DNA of 64,000 nt from Cycas panzhihuaensis (lineage: Eukaryota; Plantae; Cycadophyta): NCBI GenBank assembly GCA_023213395.1, contig CM041465.1:191959741-192023740 (forward strand). Direction: 5' to 3'. Positions 36,101 through 50,400 of the stretch are shown one piece after another. The notes under the pieces are model-generated. The model made no database searches. It saw only the letters and a program-made list of their open reading frames with translations, and had not been told where the DNA came from. Both the position numbers and the translations under genes were made by a program. Numbering within the stretch: the first letter of the stretch is position 1; each line of letters opens with the position of its first letter.

Positions 36101-39100
36101 AATAGAACCTACTCTCCCTGTTCACAGTCATCTCCTATGTATTTGACTTGAGTGTAACCATGGATGACTAGACTCTCCATGCCATTCACCCTCCATCAAA
36201 TAAAATGGTCTTGACTAGAAACCTCATTGGTAAACTCTTTTGTCTAAATAGCTCCTCATCTTCTAAAGCCAATTATGTTCAAAGCCTTAGTACCAATGAA
36301 GAATTTACATTCAATGTTACCTTGACACACCTAAAGCTATCCCAAGAAGCTCTTTGGCATGCTTGCATGGGTCATATTCATATTAATTGACTAAGAGATC
36401 TTTATCACACCCTTCCAAGTCTACCAACGTTCTCTTCAAAACTCTTTAAATGTGAGGCCTACCTAATTATCAAATCTCCTATACATTTGGTATACTCTAA
36501 TATATGTAGACCATTGCCTATTCCATCATTAAAGCATAAGTGGTATTACATCACCTCTATTAATGATTTTACCAAAAAAGTGTGGGTAGCTTTTCTAGTT
36601 AAGAAAGATGAAGCATTTAATGTCTTCTAAGCATTCAAGGCCCAAACTGAAAAAGACTTAGGCTAACAAATCAAATGTCTTCTGACTGATAATAGTGGAG
36701 AATCTACTTTGAATGGGTTTGAAAATTATATTTGAGACCATGGGATCAAGCACTAAATAACAGTCGCAAGTACCCCCCAACAACATAGAGTTGCCAAGTG
36801 CATGAACAAGAGCATGATGAATATCGCTAAAATAATGTTGATGTATAAAAACGTACCTACCTACCTATGGGTCGAAGCCATTTAGATAATTGTTTACTTT
36901 ATCAACGTTGTTAGCCCATCTAAATAAGGACCATCACCAAATAAAAAGTGGTCAGGACAAGCCCCCACTATTCATCACTTTAGAATCTTTGGCTCTATAT
37001 GTTATGCCCATTTACTATATGAAGATTGAAATAAACTCTAACTAAGGGCACTTAAAGGTATCTTTGTTGGATACCCTATGGACAAGAAATGGTATAAGGT
37101 CTTCGTACCCTCACAACGAAAGATAATCATCACCAGAGACATTATGTTTATAGAGATAGAGGATCAGTTACTTAAATTGGACTCCAAAACACCTTCGCAC
37201 CACTATAATCATGCCACAAATTAGGATGTTTAGATTCTAAAATTTAGGAGGCATGGGAGATACATATGAATTACTCAAAATATTAGAATTTAACAATAGA
37301 GCCCTGGAGGATATGAGTTGTGACTCCCAACCAATGAGTGCACATCCAACACTATCTTTTAAGAATAATAGAGTTACTAAGGACAAAGCCATTGCAGAAG
37401 AATCATTGTCTCCGCCTTTAGTTGATAAAGGCAAAATAGTGGTAGAAAGACCATCTTTTCCAGATATATCAACATCCTCCATCCTATATATCTAAAATAA
37501 TCCTTTTGGGGATTAAGACAAGAACCAAGAGATTAAGGAAATGAGGATCTCATTCCCAACTCGAGAATCTCATGAAGCCTACCAGTTCAACAAGGACATA
37601 TGACTTAATGAATTGGGTAAAACTGGCACTCAAAGTACCCATAAAGCAAAGATATAGGAACCATTTTGTACTGAGCTTGAACTGATAGAATTGCATCTTA
37701 CTCTCAATGAAGAACCTCTCTCATACCAGGAAGTTGTGAAACACATAGTTTGGAGAAATGTAATGAACAAGGAATACCAATCTCTCATCAAAAATAGTAT
37801 ATGGAAGCTCATTGATCTACCACTTGGCAAAAAGTTAGTTTAAAATAAATGGGCATTCAAAAATAAATATAGTTCAGATGGCATCTTGGATAAACATAAT
37901 GTAAAGTTGGTAACTAAAGGATTCACACAAAGGGAAGGCATCAACTACACTAAAGTCTTTGCATCTACAACAAAGTAGCCTACAATTAAAACTCTTGTGG
38001 CCTTGGCTGCTCAACAGAGTTGGAAAATCCACCAACTTGATGTTAAAATTGTATTTCTCAATGGAGATCTTGAATAAGAAATTTACATGGCTCAACTAGA
38101 AGGATACGAAATTAACATTCAAGAGAATAAGGTTTACAGGCTTAAAAGGTCCTTATATGGCATGAAACAATCCCCTCGTGCTTAGTTTGCTAAGTTGTCT
38201 GAAAGAATGAGGTAACTTAGATACAAGGTTTGTGACTACTAAGATATTAATGTAACACTGTTTATTAAGTACTAAAAGCACAGTCACTTATCACATGATC
38301 TCCATGGACGACATGCTGGTAATGAGGAATAGTAACTAGACAATAAGCTAACTAAAAAAGGACCTTTGCAAAACATTTAAATTTTCTAACCTCAAGTTGA
38401 TAAAATATTACTTAGGAATTGAAGTAACATAAAAGAATGGCAAAATTTTTCTCTTCCAAGAAAAATGCATCAATGATCTTTTAATAAATTTGTAGTTAGA
38501 AAATGTTTGACCAGTGGCTACATCTATGGAACCTAATGCCAAACTCTCAGTTGATGATGATACTAAGGATACAGATGTAACACTCTAAATACATCTTCTA
38601 GGTAGTCTCATTTATAGTACTAACATAAGGCTAGGTATTGTACACTTTATTAGCATTCTTACATGATTCATAACAAATCCTAAGTAGAATCACTGGTAAG
38701 TTATAGTACTAGTGTTGAGATACCTGAAGACGACTAACAAATGTATTATGTTATATGAATCCAATGATGAGTTCAAGCTCTTTTCATACATAGACTCATA
38801 CTTTATAGGGGATAAAGGCATAGGGAGATCCACATCTGGGTGTGCAACATTTCTTAGGATAACACTAATATCATGGAGAACTAGATGGTAGAAGATAATT
38901 TCAGACTCAAGTGTTGAAGCTAAATATATTACTACTACTGAGACCAACAAGGATGTGATATAGCTTAGAAAATTATTAGAAACATTGAATATCACCTAAA
39001 TAAGTCCTACCAGCCTACTTATGAATAATCAATTAGCAATCCACATGGCTAAAAATCTTGTATTTCATGACCGTACCAAATATATAAGTACGAAAGTCCA

Positions 39101-40010
39101 TAGGATTCAAGAACTAATTCATGATGGCATAATTCAACTAAAATACTGCCCCACAGTAAATCAAGTGGCCAATATCCTCATCAAACCACTGTAGAGGGTG
39201 AAGTTTGAACAATTTCGAAGGTAGCTTGACCTTAAAGCCCCCATCTCTAATTGATTGAAGGAGATGACAATAGGACCATCATACTCTATTCCATTCATGA
39301 AAATCCCTTATGGGCGCAAAGGATAAGAGTATGTCTCAACTCTATCCTATTTATGGAAACCCATTTTGGGCATGGAAGGATAAGGGTTATAGTAGTTTTA
39401 GAAAATTATGACCTGTGAAAACCAGAAAAGACATGGGGGATGACTAAATGGTATATGGAGACTCAGCAGATCAAGCTACATATCTTATTTGAATATCTTA
39501 GTTATCGGGCTTCATTTAAAGCCACCTACGCTATTTTGTTTATACAAATGGGAGAATAAATTTGAGAAAGTTTGTGGGTTTTCTTCCCTATGAGGGTTTC
39601 CCACAAAAGTGTTCAAGTAGATATTTCAATCTAATAAGAGACTCAAATAAATACCTCATATAATAGATTAATCTCTTTAGAATTGCCTTCTACCATTAAA
39701 GGGGGAATTGAAGAGATTAATGTCATAAAATTATTAGTGAATAACTAAAGTGACTATAGGAATAGATTTAGTGAAAGTCATTTAAGTAAATTATATTTCA
39801 TATGCATTTGAATGTAATTTAAGGTTCATGTCACTTGGAGGAAAAACTCTTAACCCTCAATTATAAATGATAAAATTATATAAAGTGGGATAATTTTATT
39901 CTCACCTTTAACTTTGCTCTATATTCTTACTCTCTTCATTCTTCATTTTGCTTTACTAATGTGTGAGTATGAGTGATTTGAGCACTAGATCCGTATCACC
40001 CCCTCCTTCA

Positions 40011-41340
40011 TGTTATACATTAGTCAAGACTCACCTCCTCCTCCTTGATCTCTTCCCCAAGTATTCTTCCCTCTTAGGTTATTATAACAATCTTTTGTTG
40101 TATTAGTGTCGTATATGTGGCATGGATTTTCTTTATTTTTTGTATTTTTAGGATTATAAAATCACTCATTTGTAACATGTATATTTGTATCATAAATGGG
40201 CCACTATTTTAAATCTTTTATAATATTAGTTTTTGGATTCAAATGCCATTCCTTTGTGTTGTGGGTCTCTTCTTTACATATGTGGCACCACTTTAGTTCA
40301 ATGCTTGTATTAATTCTTCTACTACTAATAGGTTTATCATCCATAGGCTTCTCCTTCTTAGCTTATAGGTTTGACCTTGAAATTTCTTCCTTTAACTTCT
40401 CTACTTTTGATGGTTCCTCTTTTATTATTACCTTACATGTTTTCTTAGCTTGTAATTCTTTACTTTCATTATGTAATATTTTTAATGTATTATCTTATGT
40501 TCACATTTCTTTTGAATCAAACTTCTTCTCAAATCTAATGGCCAACTCCTTGGTCTTTGCAAATGATTTATCCGTACACTACTATAATGCACTTCTTAAC
40601 CTCAGTTATAACCCATTGATAAAGTAGGTTTTCAATAAAAAATTAGAAAATTTCTCTCCACCTGTCAAATTCATTACAATAATGGACATGCAACTAAAGT
40701 TATCTAACACCAATTCTATCAATTGCCTACTTGTGTAATGACTTCATTACTATGTAACTTTTGTAACCTCTCATGGAATTCATCAATAATTTACTATTGG
40801 GTTTATTTTTCACATCAACTCCTTATAACATACCAATGGTGCTTGTCTTAATATGCACACAAATCTTCCCTTAATATCTTTCTCATCTATGATCCCTCTC
40901 ACTTTAATCACATTCTTGAACAGATATAGATGTTCAACAACATTTGTGGTTCCATTAAATATCAATTAATTCATTGTACTCTCATTGTAATAACTTGAAT
41001 ACGCCATCTTGGGAGGTGTTTTTAATCTTGGTATCCCTCCTTCTACTATATTAACTTTTGGTAGTAACCCTTCCTTTAATGTTATCTCTACCTCCTCCTT
41101 AAACAATGGGTTATTCTTTGGGGCTTTCACTTGGTTTGTTTACACAACTCCTAGTATTTTTATTGTTAAAGGTGTTATTATAAAAAATGAATCGTCTCCT
41201 AATTGTACTGGTATATTGAATAAGTTTCTTATAAAATAATTCTCTCATCCCTTGGGACCACCACCTGTATTTTTTTTGTCACTACTTATGCTCTTTGGGA
41301 TTTCTTCTAGTTCAAAATCTCCACTTCTCATCAGAATACC
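40011..41340 (-). pseudogene. Gypsy-B gag N-terminal part
   Basis: LIFNGTTNVVEHLYLFKNVIKVRGI.DEKDIK; YFINGL; WCHIC knuckle near 40285. Homologous to Gypsy-A gag. Confidence 0.8.
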
Positions 41341-42429
41341 CTCTATGTATGATATGTTGGGTTTTCTAATATTTCAACAAACTTCTCCTTAATCCCTCCT
41401 CTTACTGGTATGACCCTCTTTTGAACCTATACTAATTTATTTTCTTTTACCCAATGTATTGCCCTTTGATAACTTAATTCTAACACTCCACTACTCAAAG
41501 GACTTCTAGGTGATATTAGAAACTCCCCTGGTTGTTTTGGTTTAGTTCAAAACCTATATCTTAATAATAGCCATTATCTTCTAATCCTTGAATATGCACT
41601 CTCATTGCATACCAAGTCCTCAAATTCTTTTCTACTCAAGGGATTTAGTAATGAAACCACTGTTGACTACTACTCGATCCATTGGTGTCTTGAAACTACC
41701 CAATAACATAACTATCTTGTGTCTTATTTCTTAGTATTACTTGCACTTAGATTATTTATAATATATATAACAACTTTGCAACATTCATCATATACATAAT
41801 ATTCCCAATTATCACACAAGCAACCAATCATCAATTACACATAATACACATAGTTTTCCTCATAACTCACTTATTACATTAATCAATACTAAACATATTT
41901 TTTAGATTATTACATCACTTTCAGTGCCTATATCTCACCCTAGAGACTATGACATATGACTCAATTACTTAGCTCTCACCATTAAACCAATAGGAGAAAT
42001 AATATATTTATACTCTTTTGCATAGCTAATAACCTAAAAGACATAAGTTTATAACATAATGTTTAACCTTTCATAGCATAAAATCTTGATTAATGATAGC
42101 AAGACTCCTTTTTGTATGCCCATATGTCTATATGACTATATAATATCTATTCAAAAGATTCAACATAGAGTTATCCCCTATAAAGTATTCATTATTCTAG
42201 AACCTTCTGTTAGTCCCAAAACCATTCTAAAACTATTATGTCATGTGAATAGAACCATTTCCTAAGAGCTCATTTTTTGACCTACAACTATCCTAGACAT
42301 TCTAAAGCCATTCCACAACCATTTCATACTAGATTTTCACTAATTTGCACTGATTTTACATTGAATCTTCTATAAAAAAACATTCCTAGAAATGTCCTTA
42401 ATTGTTCCCAAGTGTCCTAGAGCCAATTT

Positions 42430-43415
42430 CTTTATACACACAGTCCACAAGCATGAATGTAAAGTAATTGAAAATCTTGCAATGTCATTGTGATTTCTCC
42501 TTGCATTAGATAAGTGTTTGCGATCTTAACATCCACAAAAAAAGTGGTACTTAAGTTACTAGATATAGCTATGAAACATTCCATAAATACTTGATCGTTA
42601 CCAGAGGGTGGTAGGATCATTAAAGTCTTGTATAATTTTACCTTGTTTTATCACTTCCCATTCTCCTTAGTCCTTTCTTGGGGAGATGCAAGAAAGCTAG
42701 TTAGAAATCATCTTTTAAGCTTATCATGTTTCGCATTTTTAACATGATTTGTTGCAAAAGCATACATTAAATTTGGCTCCTTTTGCTATTCTCCTTATCG
42801 AACTTAAGGTGGATTACTTGGTGGGAAGAGGCCATAAATAGAACTTCTTTCTTCTTAAAGTTGTATTGCAAACAAGTGACTCTTATTAGGATAATGTTTA
42901 AGAGGGAAAATAGTAATAAACGTATTTATATGAGGTGCTTTCTTAAGTAGAACCCTTTTGATGAAACTCTTTAAGACCAAGAAACCCAACTTATCCATAA
43001 ATTTAGATTATCTAAACTCTATTAAGCTCTTATTTGATTAGAAAGCATGGCAAGTGTTTGAAGTTTTTTCTTTTTAAGCATTGAGGCATAATCATTCTTT
43101 ACAAGAAATTCTTTATCTAAAAATGGATAAAGGTAACCTTATGTTTAAGGAGGACATTATTAGTGAATTTTTCAATCATTACAATAAACTCTTCTAAGCC
43201 TAAGAGTCAATCCATGCCATGGAAGTTTTCCTCTAAGAGTGCCTTCAAGTTATGCTTGTCAAACTTACTACCTTATGAAGAGAAAGATGTGAGGCTTTAT
43301 TAAAGCTTTATGACTTGTCTAATGCTCTACATGTGGTGATTAATGAGAAACTTCCTTATATAGGTCTATTCTCCTATGTGTCCTATGAGGCTATGTGGGA
43401 ATATATGGCAAACCT
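42430..43415 (+). mobile_element. LINE (L1/Tx1-like) ORF2 fragment: endonuclease C-terminus and EN-RT linker
   Basis: GGRIIKVL..FTLFYHFP (SDH.P-like), WITWWEEA, GKCLKFF, EDIISEFFNHYNKLF, LSNAL..VINEKLP.IGL....YEAMW (KSPG.DG..EFY..W-like). Degenerate. Confidence 0.6.
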
Positions 43416-43699
43416 CTGACGTTGCATACAGATTTTATAAATATATAATAATATAAGTACTTGAGAACCATTGATTATAAAAAATTAGAAGTAATAGAAT
43501 ACTATAAATTATCCCAAATTGTCTTGAAAAAAGAAGTATTGAAATGATAATAAATATAGCAATACACAAAGGAAAGGAATAATAACAAATGTGATAATTT
43601 CATAATATAATAAAATAGTATCTAATAATATCATTTATCTCTATTACAAAGCATATATAAGATAATATAATGTCTTCTATAACTAATTCTTTCAAATGA

Positions 43700-46530
43700 C
43701 CCATCCACTCATTGTATATAGGTGCACATCAAAATCATATACTATTTTAAGTTAAGGTTAGCCTTAAAATATATATACAAAATATTTGGCATACAAACAC
43801 TAAGAATAATTAGGAATGCCTCTAGAATAACTCTAATAGTGGGATAATGAGAATGATCAAGGAAAATTATGGGAAACATAATCTAAAATAGTTGAAACTA
43901 TTGTAGTTCTAGGTTTCAACTCTTGAAAAGTAGTCACCAGTGTATTGTAGAATGAGAACAATTAAGAGAGAGTTATTTTTTTCTAGCTCAACAACAATGG
44001 AAAAAAATAATCATATAATCATACGAATATATAAATGTATAGAAGCAACATAGTTAACAACTTGTAATTAGGTTTTATTATAAAAAGGTAAAAGACATTT
44101 ATAATGGTTGTGGCCTTAAGGTGAAAAAAAATTATAAATTAGGTATAAATAGGGCATTCTCACACTCGTTTCAATGCAAAATCTAAGAAAACAAACATAC
44201 CTATAAGTGAAGTATCCCAAAGCATGTAAACTAACTATTGATTAATGAAATATAGAGTTATGTGGAAAACTTGTAATCCATTTATGAGTATTGTTGTATA
44301 AGTGTTTCCTATATGTTGCATCTATATGTATATGACTGTTAATCTATATTAACAAGCCTATAAGGTACATGGTGCTTGACATTATGGAGAGACCAAGATC
44401 AAGGTAATGAGGATATATAACTAGATTATAAATGAGTAATTTTGGGATGATTGGTATGTTGAACTATTAGTTAGCTTTGGTTCCATTGCTAAAATTCCTA
44501 TGTAAGAAGGGCCTTGGTCCATGAAGGGGTGAGATTGCATGCCTAAAAACTAAATAACCTTAGTTGTTAGTGTGATGTTGGCTTCTAACTAAACCATAAT
44601 AACTAGGGGACCTTGCAATGCTACCTTAAAAGCCTTTAAGCAAGGAAATTCTAAAGTATAATTAACAAAGAGTAATACATTAGACTAAGGAAAGTAGAGT
44701 TCAATGAAGTCAGCAGTGCATTGACACCACTAATTATTGATAGTGAAAGAGACATAGTAGTAGTAGAAACAACCCTAAAAATAAAAAAGACCAACATATT
44801 CAACCCTAACAAGATACTGATAGTAGTAAAAAAAAATCTACTTTAGAGGATAGCTTGAAGAGCATGAGTGAAAATGATGAGAAGGTTGAGAAAGATCTTG
44901 TGGAATCCTAGGAGAACTATTTTATATGGAAACTATTTGATATACTGCTAAATCTAAGAGATGATACATTTTTAATCTATAAACCATTAACAATCCAAAT
45001 TGTAAGTATAGAGACAACAATGCAGTTAAAGAAGCTATAACAACCTATTGAGAAGGTATTACTCAATCCATGATTGTTATTATAGCTTAGTAGCATGACA
45101 ATTGTGAATATACCTTATGTCACCCCATCACCAATGATGGTGGCTTTAATAGGTTATCATAATGAGAGTGCCTTCAACCACCTTATCTTTAATGGCACTT
45201 TAGATCTAGTAGAATATTTATGCGTATTTATGAACATGATAGAATTTAGGAGCATTAAGAGTGAAAAGGATATTAATAAAAGGTTTTCTTATACCCTATG
45301 AGGTGTTATGTTGGTATAATATAAGGAGTTACATGCCAGAAATGCATGGGAAACAATTGCCACCAAGTTTCAAGAAAGGTTCTAGAAGTTGAAAAATAAC
45401 AAATCAATGATCCAAGTGGTTGTAACTTAAATTGGAAGCATCCATGAAATAACACTTTATAGAGTTTGAAAGGAAATGGACTTAAGATAACACATTAAAA
45501 ATTATGCATAAGGAAATAAATAACATTGTGCAAAAAATGCTTACAAGGTAATTACAAAGGAAGATACCCTTGAAGGAGAAGTATTAAGAGAAGAAATAAC
45601 ATGACTAAAGTTACAATTAATGGAGAAAATTATAGAAATAGAGGGTAAGCCAACTAGTAGTTGATGAGTGAGGTCCATCATAGAGGATACATGGTATTCC
45701 ATTTGTGTATCATGACCTACAACTTGCAAGAATGTTAGTATAATGCATATCATAACAGAGGAGATAGAAGCCAAATAAGAGAAGAGACAAGATCTCATTA
45801 TCCAATGAAATTATGTTAGATCCACAAAAGAAGAAAAAGTTAGTGAAGAGATGTCTATTCTATTTGGATTTTAGGCATTAGAGATTAGAATGTTCATATG
45901 AGAAAATAGGGGATAATAACACCCATGTTTATGTTAATTACAAGTTATGTAATCATCCAAAGGATAGGTATCCATTGAATGTTATATCAGTGGTATTGGA
46001 TCTACCTAAGTCAGTAAATCTCTATATTAGAAGCACCCTAAATATATAATTAAGGAATGGGATATAGATTATCCAAACCTCAAGATAGAAATAGATTATC
46101 TTACTGAAGCTAAAAGATCCTTGGAAGCAACAACTAACAAAGAAGAAACTAAGTACACTCACTAACATAATCTGAGATATAAAATGTGTATAGTAGGAAT
46201 GAGTTGCCTAAACAAAATGAGGCTATAGAATCTCTAAGGCTAGCCCCTACATTCCCCAAGCCAACACCTATATTAGAATCCTAAATTTTATTTAACAACA
46301 TTTTTAGAGAAAATATTATGTGAATGTTAGGGTTGTTGAAAATTTTAGCAAAACAACTCTAGTTGGTGATCCCATTAATACAAGTGATTTAATGGTTAGA
46401 AATGGGTATACTCCAAGTTAAGGACTTGAAGGGAATAATATAGAGCATCAATAATGTGTTGCCATTATTTGATAAAGACCCTAAAGTCATTGTTAATATA
46501 CTTAAAGAAATATTTCATAATGTAATTATA
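43700..46530 (+). mobile_element. Gypsy-C: 5' LTR (start uncertain), Glu-type PBS and gag of the same family, truncated just before the protease active site
   Basis: PBS TGGTTCCATTGCT (44478-44490). ORF 45095-45301 (LIFNGTLDLVEYL..F.NMI..R.IK.EKDI). FDKDPKVIVNILKEIFHNVII matches Gypsy-A FDMDPMVTMTVLGETFPWVFV. Confidence 0.75.
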
Positions 46531-47491
46531 CAGGGTATCTAGATAATGAATTTGCTTCTAGCCCAAGCTTAGTGAAGGTTGGGGAGCTTGCTACCCCATT
46601 TTAGGGTAACCAGAGAAGGATCTGCTAATTCTAACCTCATAGATTTTAATGCTAAGAAATAGTGTAAGAACAATTTACATATAGAGACCTACAAATGATT
46701 TCATAGGGCTTAAAGCATAATGAACTCCCCTATACCAGCCTTAGGATGCTTCGGGTAACATAGATGGAGAGCTAGAATCATAAAAACAAGTTTATATTCC
46801 ATGTCCCTATGAGATCTGCACTTATAAAGAAATTATAATTTTTCATGGGAAGGGGTTGAGGAAGCATTATTTTGCCTACTTTTATTTTGATACGTTAGCC
46901 TCAAGTCCTAAAAGGACATTGGGTCAAGGCTTGGTTATGTAATCCCCTACAACATGGTGAAGTGTAAAATATTAGAAGGCATGAAAAGTCCTCTATATCA
47001 AATCAAAGAGTATAGGTTTTAGCAATAATATGTAATGTGGTGAAAATCCTCCAAAGTTTCAAAGCGGTGGTATTCTATAATTTCACAAAATCACAAAATC
47101 TTGACTTCATAGTTTTAAAATGTTTAGTCACTAATCATAATGTTGTGGGGTTAACAAAGTAAAGATGAATTAAAGGAAAGTAAAAAAGTTCCAAGTGGTC
47201 ATATTTTGTAGTTTCATAATTTTGATAGATTTGTATCTTTGTGGTCTTTAGATGTTTGATTATCAGTAATGTTATGGGATTAATGAAGAGGAAAATAACT
47301 ACAAACAATGGGCCTAGGTTTTGGAGTTTACGCTTTTATAAATGAAAGAAAGGGTCTAATGGCATGAGAAACTACAAAGTAAAGTACAAAGATGAGCTAA
47401 GGCAAGATTTTAAGCAGTGGGCCTAGGCATCCAACTTTGTAGTTTTACAATAGATGAAAAGGTTAACAAGGATGAGAGGTTGCAAAACTTG

Positions 47492-50400
47492 TGTCAGAGT
47501 GTTAGAATATTAATTTTCACTAATATCAATTTAATGTTTAATTAATATACCAAGGTTATCATTGATCAATATGAAAGGTTCCTACATACATGATTAGATT
47601 GGTTGATATAATGGTGAAATTTAATTAAATGTTGATGAAGTTATATATTATATAAGGGCAATATTTGTTTTAAAGAAATCAAATCACCTAATCCTCCTAG
47701 TAAGGCTAGGATGGATATTTAATTATTCTTCTTAGTATGAGATGTCATAAATATTTGGAGGTGATTTTTCCTATTTATGGGTTTTCCACGTTAAACACCA
47801 TGTACATATGATGTTTATACTATTGACTCTTATGCCCTTATCCTTTTTATTTCTTATGCTCATTATATACTTAATTGATCATGTGATTATGTTTATATTA
47901 GATCTTAATCACATAATTTTACACAAGTCATTATAGAAAATTTAACATGGTACTAGATCAAGAGGTTGAGAGCTAAGATGAAGTACAAAGCATAGGTGAA
48001 GATCTTGGTGAGACATTAAATAGGGCAAGTTAAAGATAATACACATATTATGGCAATTTTTGTCATTTAAGGATGATCCATACATATGTTGATTGAGCTA
48101 GTATTAATCTAGTGAAAGAGCCAATATGAGCCAATACAAGAGCTAGTATTAAAGAAGATTTGGTGGGGCAGAAACTAGTGTGCTAATAAGGAGATGTGAC
48201 CACTTACATAGGCAAGATCATATTACTAAAGTTGAAATAAAAAACAATGGTGAGAATTTGATTATTTTATTTGTCTAGACAATTATTTATGTATGTAGGA
48301 TTATACTCAAGATATGCAAGTTTTATGGAGTTTACAATGATATAGAGAAGGTTGTACGATACTTGAAGATATTGAAATAGGGTTGCACAACTTATTGAAG
48401 TGAGAAAGAGTTGGTACAAGAGACATGTATAGTTGCAAACTTTATGCATCAGATTAGTTCAATCTTGTAGAAGTTGTTGTGAGCATCCCAATAGGGATTC
48501 AATGCCATATCAAGACATTTCCTTGGTATTTTGATGTGATTATTCACCATTAAATATGTTGCATTATAAGATTTGAAAGTTGATAGGTATTTATATGAGA
48601 AAAAAGAATGATAAATCAGATTAAGGTTTGCATTTAAAATTTTATGGCATGATTACAAAAATAAAATGAAGGTAAGTTGGGCACCATAACTTGATACTGA
48701 AGTATGTTGGAGGAATGAAACTCGAGTTTTTGTACTTGAGAAGAGAATATTATAAAATGAGGCTAATTATTTATGCATATTGTGACAGTGATTATGACTA
48801 TTAAGGCACATATTTATTTAGTGATATTAAGTGTATTGTAAAAATTGTTATAAGGGTTTTCATGAAAATTTTAATGTTATTGTAATGGCATATGAAGCCA
48901 ATTTGGCACCAAGAATGAATTTTATAGATCATCAAGAGATTATATCAAGGTTACCATAGGTCAATGGGATGAAGGAGTCTCAAATATAGTTTAGTGGTTT
49001 AAAGAATAGTTGGAAGATATTTCCATGTTGCCTTTAATAAACATATTGATAGCATGGATTTTGGGAGTCAGATACATCAATACAAATACAATTATAACAC
49101 ATAGAATAGTGCAGTGTCCTATGGTGATGATAGTAGGTTTAAACCTATAGAGGCAATGCTCAATGAATCAAAGATCTAGAGGATGTGTAGAAGATTATAG
49201 CCTAGCCAATAAATAAAACATATGCCTATTAAGCTTAATGCTACTTTTTTATCACCACAATTTGAATTAAATTTGAGGCCATTGCATATCATAGTTAAAA
49301 GCAAAACAATTACAGATGAACCATGAATAATTGCTAAATTCTGCCACTTATACTTAAGAAAAATGGAGACAAACGTAGATATGACTGAATAGTGCCATCA
49401 TTTATGGAATTGAAGAATATTTCTACTAAAATTCACCTCACAATAGTTAAAAATCTAAATTGTAGTCACCTAATTAAATGTAGAAAATCAAATCCCAAGA
49501 AATTTATGAACAACTAACTACAAAATTTTTTTTGATGAAATATTTGATTTTACAAAGTTGAACATGAATTTAACTCAATTAATTTTTTTTGTGAAGTTTG
49601 TTTAAGCCCCCCTAACAAAGACAGGTGGTCATATGGAGCTCAACACACAGCTAGTAGCTAAATAACAAGGTGTTTAATTATTTTTTTACCTTGTTGTGGT
49701 CTTTTTTAATGACATGTTGTCACAATTTTAGGCATAAATTTTCTGTACAAAGTCAAATTTTAGTGTTAATAGTTGTTTTATAAAGAAGACTAAGAGACAA
49801 ACATAATAACTAGACATAAGGCATAGTGTAAAGCTCAAATGATAAAGATTTTAATCAGTAAAGTTGAACAAGTTATTTTTGGAATATTTAAAATTACATT
49901 TTTTAAGTAGTTTGAGTTATGGTTTGCCATTTTTTTAAGTTTTTAAATGCTTCTAAGATTATGTTGACACTAATAAATGCTTGAATATTTTTTGGACACT
50001 TGGTTGGTTAAAAAATGATAAAATGAGACATTTAAGGCTTATTTATAATATTTTATGTCTCAAATTCAAAGTGAAGCAAGTGAAAACCTATTTAAGAGAT
50101 AAATATATGCTAGTGTAATAATTGAGATCCCTTAAGTGCATGAACACATTTGATCTCATATTGTAACTACCATTAATCAAGTGAATTTGACACAAATTAA
50201 TGAAATAATAATATAATCACCTACTTTCATTACATAGTTTGATGAAAGACATCACCTATTGATTAAGAATTTGAGAGGTATATTACTGGTTTTGAGAATG
50301 TAGATTGAGGTTTTTTGGATGAAAGTTTGGAGAATGAGCTATTATTTGAGAGCTTGTAATGTTGAGTTTAAGTTCACCCACCTGATATGAGATGTGGAGA

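Larger units (their letters stand above)
25807..39240 (+). pseudogene. Copia-C gag-pol, interrupted at 25910-34875
   Basis: Gag N-terminus (LKDKENWDL*F..VK..AKYKGLW) resumes at 34882. CCHC-like CERCDKKGHLAKDY ~35610; LWHACMGH 36350; integrase (INDFTKKVWV, TPQQHRVA) 36480-37150; RT (WKIHQLDVKIVFLNGDL, LKRSLYGMKQSPRA) 37700-38450; RNase H to ~39230. Confidence 0.9.
23403..40010 (+). mobile_element. Copia-C: full-length Ty1/Copia LTR retrotransposon, decayed, inserted in Gypsy-B gag
   Basis: ~300-bp LTRs at 23403-23705 and 39709-40010. PBS TGGTATCAAAGCC (23708-23720). PPT TTAAAGGGGGAA before 39709. TSD TATTA/TGTTA (1 transition). Confidence 0.92.
13870..42430 (-). mobile_element. Gypsy-B: older relative of Gypsy-A, interrupted by nested insertions; 3' LTR not identified
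   Basis: 5' LTR starts TGTTGAC at 41661 (far end ~42430, uncertain), with degenerate Glu-PBS AGTAATGAAACCA (41647-41659). Gag at 41300-40011 continues at 23402 (..GES*LMYNT|KATIKR..GPMGKCLFC). PR ~22760-22400, RT/RH 20700-19470, INT 19300-18535 and 15860-15440, aORF 14722-13870. Confidence 0.88.

Noticed and set aside
40196-40627. Hydrophobic 143-aa plus-strand ORF (membrane/env-like), and similar ORFs at 53210-53590 and 15258-15590
   Set aside because: These are antisense shadows of minus-strand frames or T-rich low-complexity sequence.
42432-42620. Minus ORF with GEITMTLQD resembling a plant mobile domain motif
   Set aside because: The plus strand reads as a LINE endonuclease C-terminus continuous with downstream LINE sequence; the motif is likely chance.
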